A DNA stretch of 64,000 nucleotides from an uncultured Erysipelotrichaceae bacterium (GCA_964553255.1 CAZKJS010000002.1:31734-95733), one strand, 5' to 3'. Shown: positions 40,621 through 50,231, counted from the first letter of the stretch. Notes: a model not told the origin generated them from the sequence alone. Program-made: numbers and translations.

Positions 40621-41490
40621 CTATTTAAATAAACTAGACCAATTAGTTAACTCACCCATGTAGACAGCTCTGACATCTTCAGTGGTGATTGCATCAAGTG
40701 GATTTTCGTTATTGACGATGATCGCGATACCATCCATTGCGATTACCTGATTAACCAAACCAGCACTCAATTCACTTTCTTTTAAATCTCTTGATGCCAT
40801 ACCGATATCAAGTACACCATCGATTGCTCCTGTCATACCTGATGTTGAATCAGTTTGTTGAACTTCGATTGTTGCGTTAGTATTTACTTTCAAATAAGCT
40901 TCTTTTAGTTTTTCCATAATTGGACTAACAGATGAAGAACCACCAACTACAAGTTTGCCAGATGTCATCGATGAAGTAAAAGCACCAGTATTACTTAATG
41001 AGATATATCCGTTAGCTTCAACAACAGCTTGACCATCTGCACTTAATATGAATGCTAAGAAATCTTGTGCTAATTCGCTTATCTCACCTTTTGTAGCGAC
41101 ATTAAACGGACGAGCTACTTTATAATTACCAGCTTTGATATTAGCAGCACTTGCTAAAACGCCATCAACACTTAAAGCTTTGACTGTATCATTAAGTGAA
41201 CCTAATGATATATAACCAATCGCATAAACATTTCCATTTACATTACTCATTACAACAGAAGTCGAATTACTGATAATAGCAAGTTCGGTTGTATAATCAA
41301 CTTCTTTGCCACTAGCATCTTTTTGCTCAATTCCTAATAACTCAATGAAAGCACCTCTTGTTCCTGAACCTTCTTCACGGGATACAACAGTGATAGCTTT
41401 ACTTTGATCAAAGCCAGCAGGTTTAGCACATCCACCAAGGATCATTGTTAACACCATAGTAGCTATTAATAAACGACTAATCTTTTTCAA
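40621..41490 (-). CDS. pstS: phosphate-binding lipoprotein PstS
   Basis: Lipobox LGGCA, and SREEGSGTRGAF / GSSSV phosphate-binding motifs. TTG start after AGGAGAG. Confidence 0.88.
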   Translation of the reverse strand: MKKISRLLIATMVLTMILGGCAKPAGFDQSKAITVVSREEGSGTRGAFIELLGIEQKDASGKEVDYTTELAIISNSTSVVMSNVNGNVYAIGYISLGSLNDTVKALSVDGVLASAANIKAGNYKVARPFNVATKGEISELAQDFLAFILSADGQAVVEANGYISLSNTGAFTSSMTSGKLVVGGSSSVSPIMEKLKEAYLKVNTNATIEVQQTDSTSGMTGAIDGVLDIGMASRDLKESELSAGLVNQVIAMDGIAIIVNNENPLDAITTEDVRAVYMGELTNWSSLFK

Positions 41491-41561
41491 TTTTTCTCTC
41501 CTTTTTCATTTTTCAACCACATCCTAATGGAGAATTGTAAATTCGATTAGTAGTTAAATGT

Positions 41562-41591
41562 AAAAAAAATGTTAAATCGGTGATTTAACAT
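41562..41591 (-). terminator. AT-rich stem-loop plus U8 after the 722-aa permease gene
   Basis: atgttaaatc (41569-41578) pairs with gatttaacat (41582-41591), loop ggt. On the minus strand it is followed by eight T (plus-strand A run 41562-41569). The stem is AT-rich. Confidence 0.5.
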
Positions 41592-43759
41592 TAATTCTTA
41601 TAAAGTTGCTCATTATACAAAATTTGATAGATGTCATTGGAGTAAGACATCTGATTATCTTTTAATAGGGTAATTGCTTCTTGGTAATAAATAGGATTTA
41701 GTAGATAAGTAGTATGACCATAATAATTATTGGTGATCGTTATCAGTAAGGTTTGATCAGTGCTTACTCCCTTTGGCACTAGATACGGGGTTAAAGCTAA
41801 TATCTGATCAGGGGTAAGATCAGTGTATCGATAAATAGTTTCATTAGTACTTTCATAATAATAAGAATAATTAGCAATCTTGAACATATCATTTTCCACT
41901 AGCTCATCAGGGTAGATAACACGCATTGAACTAGGCATTGAAGGCGCCAAGATTTCGTTATTAGTCGCAGCTAAATAAGCTAAAGCTTTAGGGAAACGGC
42001 TATCTAAATCTAAATAATCATTAGTACAATAATCAAAACCTTCATTGCCAATACGACATACACTAGCTGTTATTTGACCATAGTATTGATAATCAATTCC
42101 TAACAGTTGTTCTTTATCTAGGGCATAGTAATCTTCTAAGTAATAAGTTGCGAAAGTATCGAAATTAAACTCATTACTAATAGGTTTACTACTAACTAGT
42201 AAGCTATCAACTAACATAATATCAGTTATTCTATCGATATCATTATGAAAGTAAGCCATTGGAATACGTGTTCTTACAAACGCATCGTTTTGATATAAAT
42301 CAAATAGTCCACTAAGCCAATTATAATTAACTTGGTATTGCCGTGATACGGCTTTACCACTGGTTAATTGATAGTCAAAGTTAATATAAGTTGTTCCGTT
42401 ATAATTTAGTTCTTCAAAAGTATTAAGATTGTTTTCTTGACCAATAGTTAAATAATTAGTTTGGAAATTATGCTCGTTATAATCAAAATAACGATAATTA
42501 TCAACAATCAGACGATGTAAATCAGTAATGACTTTAATATCTTCTGCTTGATCAAAGGTGTAATCTATTGGGAAACGCTGGGAGTAAAAATAGAAATCTT
42601 TTTTACCAGTTTCACTTATTAAACCCAGATTATCATAAAATGAAACAGTAACGAACTCAATATTATCAGGTACATAAGTGATAAAACCAAAGCCCTTAGT
42701 CAATGAAATTGGTATGCTTATTAGTGAAACAAAAATACTGATCACTAGATATTTCAATCCCGCTTTTAAGATATTTTTAAAACTACGATTAGCTAATACA
42801 TCAAGAACCATGTATAAGACATCAGCGATAAGTACCGATAAGATCAAACTAAACAAGTTAATTGAAGTCATACCATAAGTTATTAAGAAGAAAAAGGCAT
42901 AAAGTAAGATCTGAATAATGATGATAGTATTAATCGATACAATGGGAAAGAAATAATGATTTGTAAAAGGTATCTGTGTTTTCTCGCTTGGCCTACTTTG
43001 GTATATCTTAAGAGTGATAATGTAAATCAATGCGATAACTATCAACCAATAAACTTGATTTAAGAAAAGATAATTGGTGATAAATTCGTTATTTATCGTA
43101 TTATTAAAAATCGCAACGAAAGGCGACAGGTAACTCAAGAATTTCCAATTAAAAGCAGCGTTAAAACCTATCAATATTGCATTGCCATAAGCAAAGTAGG
43201 TAAGATAAGCGAAAAACGGCAACATTATCACAATAAAGGCATAAAGCATAGCATCAAATGCCGTGCCGGTATTAACTTGGACATAAGTAATGATAGTAAC
43301 TACCGCAACCAAAGGAATGATCACATAGAAGTAACCACTAACGGTAGCCAAGATCTGGGGATCAACAAGAAATAATTGTAAAGGAATAGCAGTAAACCAA
43401 CTAATGGTAAAAGGGATTAACAGTACAACCAGTGATGCTAAAAATACACTCAAGTGTAATGAAGAGCGATTGATTGGTAATGAATGATAAAGATCAACAC
43501 TGATACGATCGTTTAGATATGAAAACATTATGGAGCTTACAACAAAGCTAAAGACTAATGCTAATAAGATATTAAGAACCTTGCCAGTATAGATCAATCC
43601 TAAAGAAATATCCATCAAGGTTCCCAACATCAAGACCAAGATAGGATTAAACACTAACATGATCACTGTCATCAATATAATAAAGCGGCGATTTTGTTTG
43701 ATCAGAAAGCGAATATAATCACAGTTAATACTGAGTTTAAATGTTTTTGCCATAGCCAT
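41591..43759 (-). CDS. large polytopic membrane protein; probable permease partner of the upstream ABC ATPase, with a ~350-aa C-terminal soluble domain
   Basis: 722 aa. The N-terminal ~370 aa are strongly hydrophobic (about 10 segments). The C-terminal half is Tyr/Asn/Asp-rich and hydrophilic, with no motif I recognise. It overlaps the ATPase stop by 23 nt. Confidence 0.6.
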   Translation of the reverse strand: MAMAKTFKLSINCDYIRFLIKQNRRFIILMTVIMLVFNPILVLMLGTLMDISLGLIYTGKVLNILLALVFSFVVSSIMFSYLNDRISVDLYHSLPINRSSLHLSVFLASLVVLLIPFTISWFTAIPLQLFLVDPQILATVSGYFYVIIPLVAVVTIITYVQVNTGTAFDAMLYAFIVIMLPFFAYLTYFAYGNAILIGFNAAFNWKFLSYLSPFVAIFNNTINNEFITNYLFLNQVYWLIVIALIYIITLKIYQSRPSEKTQIPFTNHYFFPIVSINTIIIIQILLYAFFFLITYGMTSINLFSLILSVLIADVLYMVLDVLANRSFKNILKAGLKYLVISIFVSLISIPISLTKGFGFITYVPDNIEFVTVSFYDNLGLISETGKKDFYFYSQRFPIDYTFDQAEDIKVITDLHRLIVDNYRYFDYNEHNFQTNYLTIGQENNLNTFEELNYNGTTYINFDYQLTSGKAVSRQYQVNYNWLSGLFDLYQNDAFVRTRIPMAYFHNDIDRITDIMLVDSLLVSSKPISNEFNFDTFATYYLEDYYALDKEQLLGIDYQYYGQITASVCRIGNEGFDYCTNDYLDLDSRFPKALAYLAATNNEILAPSMPSSMRVIYPDELVENDMFKIANYSYYYESTNETIYRYTDLTPDQILALTPYLVPKGVSTDQTLLITITNNYYGHTTYLLNPIYYQEAITLLKDNQMSYSNDIYQILYNEQLYKN

Positions 43760-44618
43760 GCTCCTTCATTTGATAAACAAATATCTCTTCTAAATTCATA
43801 GCGACTTCTTCAAGTAATAAAGGATTTAGTTTTTGTAATTCTTGAGAGTTATCTTTTTGAGTGATCAGCGTGACAAATTTACTATTGATCATAATATCAG
43901 CGTATGAAATATTACTAAACAAAGATTCATTAACAACTTCACTAAAGGCCATTTGATATTTGTGGAAGGCTTTGTGTAGTTCATCAACAACACCACCAAG
44001 ATTGATGATACCATTTTGAATCAAGACGATCTCATCACAAATATCTTCGAGTTCACGAATATTATGGGATGAGATAATAACGGTCATCTGCTTATTGATG
44101 ATCTCATCAGAAATGATACGTTTTAAAGATAAGCGCATTACTGGATCCAAGCCATCAAAAGCTTCATCAAGCAAAAGATATTTGGGTGTTGTCGCAAATG
44201 CTAATATCAAAGCAGCTTGACGACGCATTCCTTTTGAGAATGTCGTGATCTTTGCGTTTGCATCTAACAAAAATAACTTGAGTAAACTATCATATATATC
44301 ATTATTAAACGAAGGATAGAATGTTTGATAAAAGTCACGCATATCATTTAGCGTTGATTGATGTAAGAAAAATGGATCATCAGCGACATACATGATGTTA
44401 GCTTTTATATCAGGGTTTTCAAACACTGGTTGTGATTCGATAGTTATACTACCTTGGTCAGCTTGATAAATTCCAGCGATTAAACGTAAAAGCGTTGATT
44501 TACCTGAACCGTTGGGACCAACTAAACCATGTACTTTACTATCAGCAATGCGCCAATCAAGTTTGTCTAATACAACTTTTGTGTCTAATTTTTTAGAAAC
44601 ATTTTCAATTTGGATCAT
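43737..44618 (-). CDS. ABC transporter ATP-binding protein (YtrB-like)
   Basis: GPNGSGKSTLL, FSKGMRRQ signature, LLLDEAFDGLDP. Confidence 0.88.
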   Translation of the reverse strand: MIQIENVSKKLDTKVVLDKLDWRIADSKVHGLVGPNGSGKSTLLRLIAGIYQADQGSITIESQPVFENPDIKANIMYVADDPFFLHQSTLNDMRDFYQTFYPSFNNDIYDSLLKLFLLDANAKITTFSKGMRRQAALILAFATTPKYLLLDEAFDGLDPVMRLSLKRIISDEIINKQMTVIISSHNIRELEDICDEIVLIQNGIINLGGVVDELHKAFHKYQMAFSEVVNESLFSNISYADIMINSKFVTLITQKDNSQELQKLNPLLLEEVAMNLEEIFVYQMKEHGYGKNI

Positions 44619-44983
44619 TGATCTTCTCCTAAGGTCTTAATGACCACTTTTTTGATATCACTACCATTAATGCCTATTTTACGCATTTCGTTTATCATGT
44701 TGGTTAAATCGGCTAGTTTACTAGCGCGTATTCGATGTAATACTTGTTTGTTATCTGCGATATAAGTACCTTTACCAGCTAAGAAATAAATATAACCGTC
44801 TGTTTCTAACTCTTGATAAGCCTTCTGTACGGTATTGGGATTAATACCAAGTTCTTTAGAAAGACTACGAACGGAGGGTAAGAGTTGATGAGGTTCAAAG
44901 ATACCTAAAAGAATATACTCGATGATATTGTTTTCAATCTGCTTATAAATCGCCTCTTGGCTATTCTGATTAAGCTTCCACAT
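44615..44983 (-). CDS. GntR-family transcriptional regulator, YtrA subfamily
   Basis: 122 aa. wHTH (LPSVRSLSKELGINPNTVQKAYQELE) with only a short C-terminal helix pair, typical of the YtrA type. Located upstream of the ABC genes. Confidence 0.85.
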   Translation of the reverse strand: MWKLNQNSQEAIYKQIENNIIEYILLGIFEPHQLLPSVRSLSKELGINPNTVQKAYQELETDGYIYFLAGKGTYIADNKQVLHRIRASKLADLTNMINEMRKIGINGSDIKKVVIKTLGEDQ

Positions 44984-44995
44984 CGTTTTACCTCA

Positions 44996-45020
44996 ACTGT
45001 ACTATCTATGATAATACAGT
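44996..45020. promoter_or_regulatory. candidate YtrA-type operator (inverted repeat)
   Basis: ACTGTACTATC (44996-45006), tat, GATAATACAGT (45010-45020): an 11-bp inverted repeat with one mismatch. It lies between the SD of the GntR gene and a minus-strand TTGACA (45039-44), 17 nt, TACTGT (45016-21) promoter. Confidence 0.5.
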
Positions 45021-45095
45021 ATCGTATCGTAGATTATTTGTCAAACATTACAACCTGAGTATGCTAGAATAGTATCGAAATAAGGAGATAGCTTA

Positions 45096-46940
45096 ATGTT
45101 TGATATTATTGTTGTTGGTGGTGGTCATGCTGGTTCAGAAGCTGCTCTAGCTAGTGCTAGGATAGGGTTTAAGACAGCACTTATCACTCTAAATATAAAT
45201 ATGATTGCTTCAATGCCTTGTAATCCATCAATAGGTGGCCCAGCAAAAGGTATTGTGGTAAAAGAAATAGATGCTCTTGGTGGTGAGATGGGAAAAGCAG
45301 CTGATCTTACAGCGTTACAGTTTAAGATGCTAAATACCAATAAAGGACCAGGAGTACAATCACTACGTGTTCAATCAGATAAAATTGCTTATAAAAAAAT
45401 GATGCAGAAAACCCTTTTAAATCAAGAAAATCTAACAATCATTGAGGCAATGGTAGAAGATTTGTTTGTAAGTAACGATAAGATAGATGGGGTTGTTTTA
45501 GCTGATCAAACAACCATCAAGTGTAAGAAACTGATTCTTACAACTGGTACATATATGAGCAGTAAGATCATGGTTGGCGATCAAATAACGTTAAGTGGAC
45601 CTGATGATGATCCTACAACATTTAAATTAGCACAAGCTTTAAGAAGAATGGGTCTATCAACGTTTCGTTTAAAAACAGGTACTCCAGCACGGGTACTTAC
45701 AAGCTCAATTGATTTTAGTCAAGCAAGTATTCAACCAGGTAGTAGTGAATTTTACAGTTTTCACTATCAAACAACACCAGAAATGGTGGTCAATGAACAG
45801 CTACCATGTTATCTAATTTATACTAACGCTAATACCCATGAAATAATAAGGCGTAACATTCACTTATCATCAATGTACTCCGGCGTAGTTGAAGGGAAAG
45901 GACCACGATACTGTCCATCAATTGAAGATAAACTAGTACGTTTTGCGCAAAAAGACCGTCATCAGATCTTCCTTGAACCAGAATCATTAACGCTTGATAC
46001 CACATATATTCAAGGCTTTTCAACATCACTACCACACCATATACAAGAACAAATGATAAGATCTTTACCTGGCTTACAAAATTGTGTAATTAAAAAATAT
46101 GCTTACGCTATCGAATATGATGCGATTGATCCCCTACAATTAAAACCAACACTTGAAACCAAAAAAATTAGCGGTTTATATTGTGCGGGACAGATCATTG
46201 GTACTTCTGGTTATGAAGAAGCTGCTGGTTTAGGACTTTTAGCTGGTATAAACGCTACTTTAGCACTAAAAGAAGAAGCACCACTTATATTAAGACGCGA
46301 TGAAGCATATATTGGAGTCATGATTGATGATCTTGTGACTAAAGGAACAAATGAACCTTATCGCTTACTTACATCAAGGGCTGAATATCGTTTACTATTA
46401 AGACATGACAATGCTTTTAGTCGTTTGATCGAATACGGTAAAGATTGTGGCTTGGTTAAAGTTGAACAATATGAGTACTATCTAAAACAAAAAAGCAATT
46501 TAAACAGTTTAATGCTTTATCTTGAAAACAAGATTGTTAAACCAGATGAAGTAAATGCTTATTTGATCAATCAAGAATATCAACCATTAACTGAGCCAAT
46601 GCGACTTTATGATCTGATCAAAAGACCTCATATAAGCTTAAAAGAACTAAGTGAGCATTTAGATCAAACATATCCTGATATAATTTTAAAACAAGCTGAG
46701 ATCAATATTAAATACGCTGGGTACATCACAAAAGAGATCAAAGAGACAGAAAAACTGATCTCAATGGAAAAATTGAAACTTAATGATATTGATTATGACC
46801 AAATCATCAATCTATCATTAGAAAGTAGACAAAAACTAAAAGAGATAAATCCATTAACACTAGGACAAGCCAGTCGAATTTCAGGAGTTAACCCATCAGA
46901 CATAGCTGTCTTGGCAGTCTATCTAAAACAAAGACGATAG
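45096..46940 (+). CDS. mnmG: tRNA uridine 5-carboxymethylaminomethyl modification enzyme MnmG (GidA)
   Basis: 614 aa. FAD motif FDIIVVGGGHAGSEAALA, GPRYCPSIEDK, and C-terminal GQASRISGVNPSDI. Confidence 0.96.
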   Translation: MFDIIVVGGGHAGSEAALASARIGFKTALITLNINMIASMPCNPSIGGPAKGIVVKEIDALGGEMGKAADLTALQFKMLNTNKGPGVQSLRVQSDKIAYKKMMQKTLLNQENLTIIEAMVEDLFVSNDKIDGVVLADQTTIKCKKLILTTGTYMSSKIMVGDQITLSGPDDDPTTFKLAQALRRMGLSTFRLKTGTPARVLTSSIDFSQASIQPGSSEFYSFHYQTTPEMVVNEQLPCYLIYTNANTHEIIRRNIHLSSMYSGVVEGKGPRYCPSIEDKLVRFAQKDRHQIFLEPESLTLDTTYIQGFSTSLPHHIQEQMIRSLPGLQNCVIKKYAYAIEYDAIDPLQLKPTLETKKISGLYCAGQIIGTSGYEEAAGLGLLAGINATLALKEEAPLILRRDEAYIGVMIDDLVTKGTNEPYRLLTSRAEYRLLLRHDNAFSRLIEYGKDCGLVKVEQYEYYLKQKSNLNSLMLYLENKIVKPDEVNAYLINQEYQPLTEPMRLYDLIKRPHISLKELSEHLDQTYPDIILKQAEINIKYAGYITKEIKETEKLISMEKLKLNDIDYDQIINLSLESRQKLKEINPLTLGQASRISGVNPSDIAVLAVYLKQRR

Positions 46941-46974
46941 ATTTAAGATTTCGATTTTTAAGCGGGTATAAATT

Positions 46975-46983
46975 TGTTATAAT
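46975..46983 (+). promoter_or_regulatory. extended -10 element TGTTATAAT upstream of rsmG
   Basis: Exact TGTTATAAT, 21 nt before the rsmG ATG. Confidence 0.4.
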
Positions 46984-47003
46984 GATTTATACGGAGGATA
47001 AGC

Positions 47004-47702
47004 ATGACGGTTGAAAAGTTTATCGAACAATTGGCCGTAGATGGTATCATTCTGTCACAGGTACAATTAGCACAATTTGAAAGTTATGCTCATTTACTTA
47101 TTGAGTGGAATGAAGTAATGAATCTTACAGCGATAACTTCTTTTGAAGAGATTTATGAAAAGCATTTCTATGACAGCGTCTTACCATTTATAGATTATCC
47201 ACCAAGCGGTAGCTTGTGTGATGTTGGTAGTGGTGCTGGATTTCCAGGCATTGTGCTTAAGATAATTTATCCTGATTTACATGTGGTGTTACTTGAACCA
47301 CTTAAAAAACGAACGAATTTTTTAATGACAGTTATCACTGAATTAAAACTAAAAGATATCGAAGTTATCAACCAAAGAGCAGAAGATTATGTTAAGCTTA
47401 AACGCGAACAGTTTGATTGGGTAACAGCTAGAGCTGTCGCTAATCTAGCTATCTTAGCAGAACTATGTTTACCCTTAGTAAAAGTTGATGGCTATTTTAT
47501 GGCACTAAAAGGAAGTAACGCTGAAATAGAATATCAACAAGCAAAAAAAGCAGTAACGATTTTAGGAGCTAAGCTTAATAATTTAAGCAATAAAGCTTTA
47601 AACCAAGAGATAATACGGAATAATCTTTTATTCCAGAAGATAAATAAAACCCCAACTAAGTATCCACGCAACTATGCACAGATTAAAAATAAACCATTAT
47701 AA
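47004..47702 (+). CDS. rsmG: 16S rRNA (guanine527-N7)-methyltransferase RsmG (GidB)
   Basis: SAM motif DVGSGAGFPGIVLKI and ARAVA. Located after mnmG. Confidence 0.92.
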   Translation: MTVEKFIEQLAVDGIILSQVQLAQFESYAHLLIEWNEVMNLTAITSFEEIYEKHFYDSVLPFIDYPPSGSLCDVGSGAGFPGIVLKIIYPDLHVVLLEPLKKRTNFLMTVITELKLKDIEVINQRAEDYVKLKREQFDWVTARAVANLAILAELCLPLVKVDGYFMALKGSNAEIEYQQAKKAVTILGAKLNNLSNKALNQEIIRNNLLFQKINKTPTKYPRNYAQIKNKPL

Positions 47703-47712
47703 AGGAGTTTAC

Positions 47713-48486
47713 ATGAAGAGTTCTTTAGCTATATCCATTGATCAAATTAAACCAAATCGTCATCAACCACGATTAAACTTTAATGATGAGAGTATTTTTG
47801 AATTAGCCCAATCAATAAGAGAAAATGGTTTGATACAACCAATAGTTGTAAGAGCTAGTGAAGATAGTTATGAAATAGTAGCAGGAGAACGTCGTTATCG
47901 TGCTTGTGTATTAGCTGGTTTAACGATGATACCAGCAATCATTATGGACGCTAGTGATGATCAATCGGCGCAGTTAGCGTTGATTGAAAATATCCAACGT
48001 GAAGATCTAAGTGCGATTGAAGAAGCGAAAGCTTTTTTAACTATCATTCGAAATAACAATTATACTCAAGAAGAGTTTGCGAAAAAGATTGGCAAATCAC
48101 AATCTACGATAGCTAATAAAATAAGATTATTAGAATTACCACAAGAAATACAAGAGGCGGTTGTTACGCGCAAGATAACTGAAAGACATGCTAGAGCATT
48201 ATTAAGTCTTGATGAACCAAAACAACTTGATGTCTATCAAAAGATTGTTGATAAAGGTTTCAATGTTAAGCAAACTGAAGACTATGTTAAGATTATAAAT
48301 ACCCAAGATGATAAAGAGAAAGTAAAAACAAATACAACAAGAGGTTTCTCACGCAATCAATTGATAGCTGTAAATACCATCAAACAAGCGATTGAAATGA
48401 TCAAAAAGATGGGTATTGTAATAGAGGTGCAGGAAGAAGAAACGATATTAGATCGTAGGATAATCGTTAAATTCCCGAAAGAATAG
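47713..48486 (+). CDS. noc: ParB-family nucleoid occlusion protein Noc-like
   Basis: ParB N-terminal domain with GERRYRA, HTH ([30 protein letters not shown]), and a C-terminus similar to B. subtilis Noc as I recall it ([20 protein letters not shown]...VKFPKE). Position rsmG-noc-soj. The ATG at 47713 follows AAAGGAG; the track start at 47674 overlaps rsmG. Confidence 0.7.
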   Translation: MKSSLAISIDQIKPNRHQPRLNFNDESIFELAQSIRENGLIQPIVVRASEDSYEIVAGERRYRACVLAGLTMIPAIIMDASDDQSAQLALIENIQREDLSAIEEAKAFLTIIRNNNYTQEEFAKKIGKSQSTIANKIRLLELPQEIQEAVVTRKITERHARALLSLDEPKQLDVYQKIVDKGFNVKQTEDYVKIINTQDDKEKVKTNTTRGFSRNQLIAVNTIKQAIEMIKKMGIVIEVQEEETILDRRIIVKFPKE

Positions 48487-48496
48487 AGGTCAGCTT

Positions 48497-49273
48497 ATGG
48501 GTAAGATAATAGCTATTGCCAATCAAAAAGGCGGAGTAGGAAAAACAACCACCAGTGTTAACTTGGCGGCAGGTTTAGCTTACTTAAAAAAGAAGGTATT
48601 GTTAGTAGATTTTGATTCGCAAGCTAATGCGACTCAAGGTGTAGGGGCTAGCAGACAAACAATAAAGAAAAGCGTTTATGATCTAATACTTGGCGAATGT
48701 GTAGTAGCCGATGTTGTCCGTAATTTAAAAGAACCACCAATGGACTTGATACCAGCTACGATTGAACTAGCTGGAGCTGATCTACAAATGGCAGAGTTTA
48801 AGCTTGGTCGTGAGAAACTTTTAAAGAACAAACTTGATCTAGTTAAAGATGAATATGATTTTATCATCATTGATTGTCCACCATCATTAGGACTACTAAA
48901 TACCAATGCTTTAACAGCAGCTGATACCGTTATTATACCAGTACAGTGTGAATATTATGCATTAGAGGGGTTAACCCAACTATTATCAACGATCCGTTTA
49001 GTTAATCGTTTGTTTAATAATAAACTTAAGATTGAAGGAGTCTTGCTTACAATGTATGACTCGCATACCAACTTAAGTAAAGAAGTGCAACAAGAAGTAC
49101 GTAAGTACTTTAAGGAAATTGTATACCAAGCTTACATCCCACGCTCAATTCGCTTCGCTGAAGCGCCATCCAAAGGAGAATCAATCTTTCAGTATGATAT
49201 AAGATCAGAAGGGGCTAAAGCCTATGGGGCAGTAGTCAAAGAGATTTTAGCTAAAAATGAAAGGGATAAATAA
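48497..49273 (+). CDS. soj: chromosome partitioning ATPase ParA/Soj
   Basis: Deviant Walker [12 protein letters not shown] and [10 protein letters not shown]. Confidence 0.93.
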   Translation: MGKIIAIANQKGGVGKTTTSVNLAAGLAYLKKKVLLVDFDSQANATQGVGASRQTIKKSVYDLILGECVVADVVRNLKEPPMDLIPATIELAGADLQMAEFKLGREKLLKNKLDLVKDEYDFIIIDCPPSLGLLNTNALTAADTVIIPVQCEYYALEGLTQLLSTIRLVNRLFNNKLKIEGVLLTMYDSHTNLSKEVQQEVRKYFKEIVYQAYIPRSIRFAEAPSKGESIFQYDIRSEGAKAYGAVVKEILAKNERDK

Positions 49274-49275
49274 AA

Positions 49276-50136
49276 GTGGAAAACAAACGTTTAGGTAAAG
49301 GGTTAGATGCAATCTTTGGGGAGAACCTATCTGAAATATTAGAAGAAATGCAACAAGATGAAAATAGTTTACGTAATGAAATAAAGGTCATAGATATTAG
49401 ACCTAATCCATATCAACCACGTAAGAATTTTGATCGTGAAAAACTAACCGAACTTGCCCAATCAATCAAAGAACATGGTGTATTTACACCAATCTTGGTA
49501 AGACAAGGTATTACTGGTTATGAACTTATTGCCGGTGAAAGAAGACTTAGAGCTTGTAAAGAGGCAGGTCTTGAAACCATACCAGCTATCATCTTAGAGT
49601 TAAGTGATGAAAAGATGATGGAGATATCAGTCTTAGAAAACATTCAAAGAGAAGACTTGAACGCAATAGAAGAAGCAACAGCTTATAATACGTTATTAGT
49701 AAACTTAGCTTATACCCAAGATCAACTAGCGCAGCGTTTAGGTAAATCAAGAACCCATATAACCAATATGTTAAGAATCTTACGCTTACCCCAAGAAATT
49801 CAACAAATGGTTACAGAGGATAAACTAACGATGGGTCATGTTAGACCACTGATCACCTTAGATGATGAAAACAAGATGGTCACACTAGCTGAAAAGATCA
49901 TCAAAGAAGGATTATCAGTAAGAGAAGTAGAACAACTACTAAAACCAAGCGAAGCTAAACCAAAAGCGAAAACTAAACCAGATATCTTCTTAGATAATGT
50001 TAAACAGATCATCGAAAGCAAACTTCAAACAAAGATCGAAGTAAGTAAGAACAAAGTAATAATCCACTATGAAGATGTGGACGATCTCAATCGCATCTTA
50101 GAGCTTATTGATTGTTTAGAAGCAGAGAATGAATGA
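49276..50136 (+). CDS. spo0J: chromosome partitioning protein ParB/Spo0J
   Basis: RLGKGLDAIF N-terminus, GERRLRA CTP-binding motif, HTH (RLGKSRTHITNMLRILRLP). GTG start. Confidence 0.92.
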   Translation: MENKRLGKGLDAIFGENLSEILEEMQQDENSLRNEIKVIDIRPNPYQPRKNFDREKLTELAQSIKEHGVFTPILVRQGITGYELIAGERRLRACKEAGLETIPAIILELSDEKMMEISVLENIQREDLNAIEEATAYNTLLVNLAYTQDQLAQRLGKSRTHITNMLRILRLPQEIQQMVTEDKLTMGHVRPLITLDDENKMVTLAEKIIKEGLSVREVEQLLKPSEAKPKAKTKPDIFLDNVKQIIESKLQTKIEVSKNKVIIHYEDVDDLNRILELIDCLEAENE

Positions 50137-50231
50137 ATTGAAGAACTTTGATAGGCATTTATAGGTGAATATTACCCATAATAATCCGTTTTACTTAATA
50201 GGGGTTTTAAGGTTGTATCAACTATCGATGT

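Noticed and set aside
50137-50231. Convergent gap between spo0J and the EIIA-domain ORF, examined for a terminator or small RNA.
   Set aside because: I could not find a stable stem-loop or a conserved motif.
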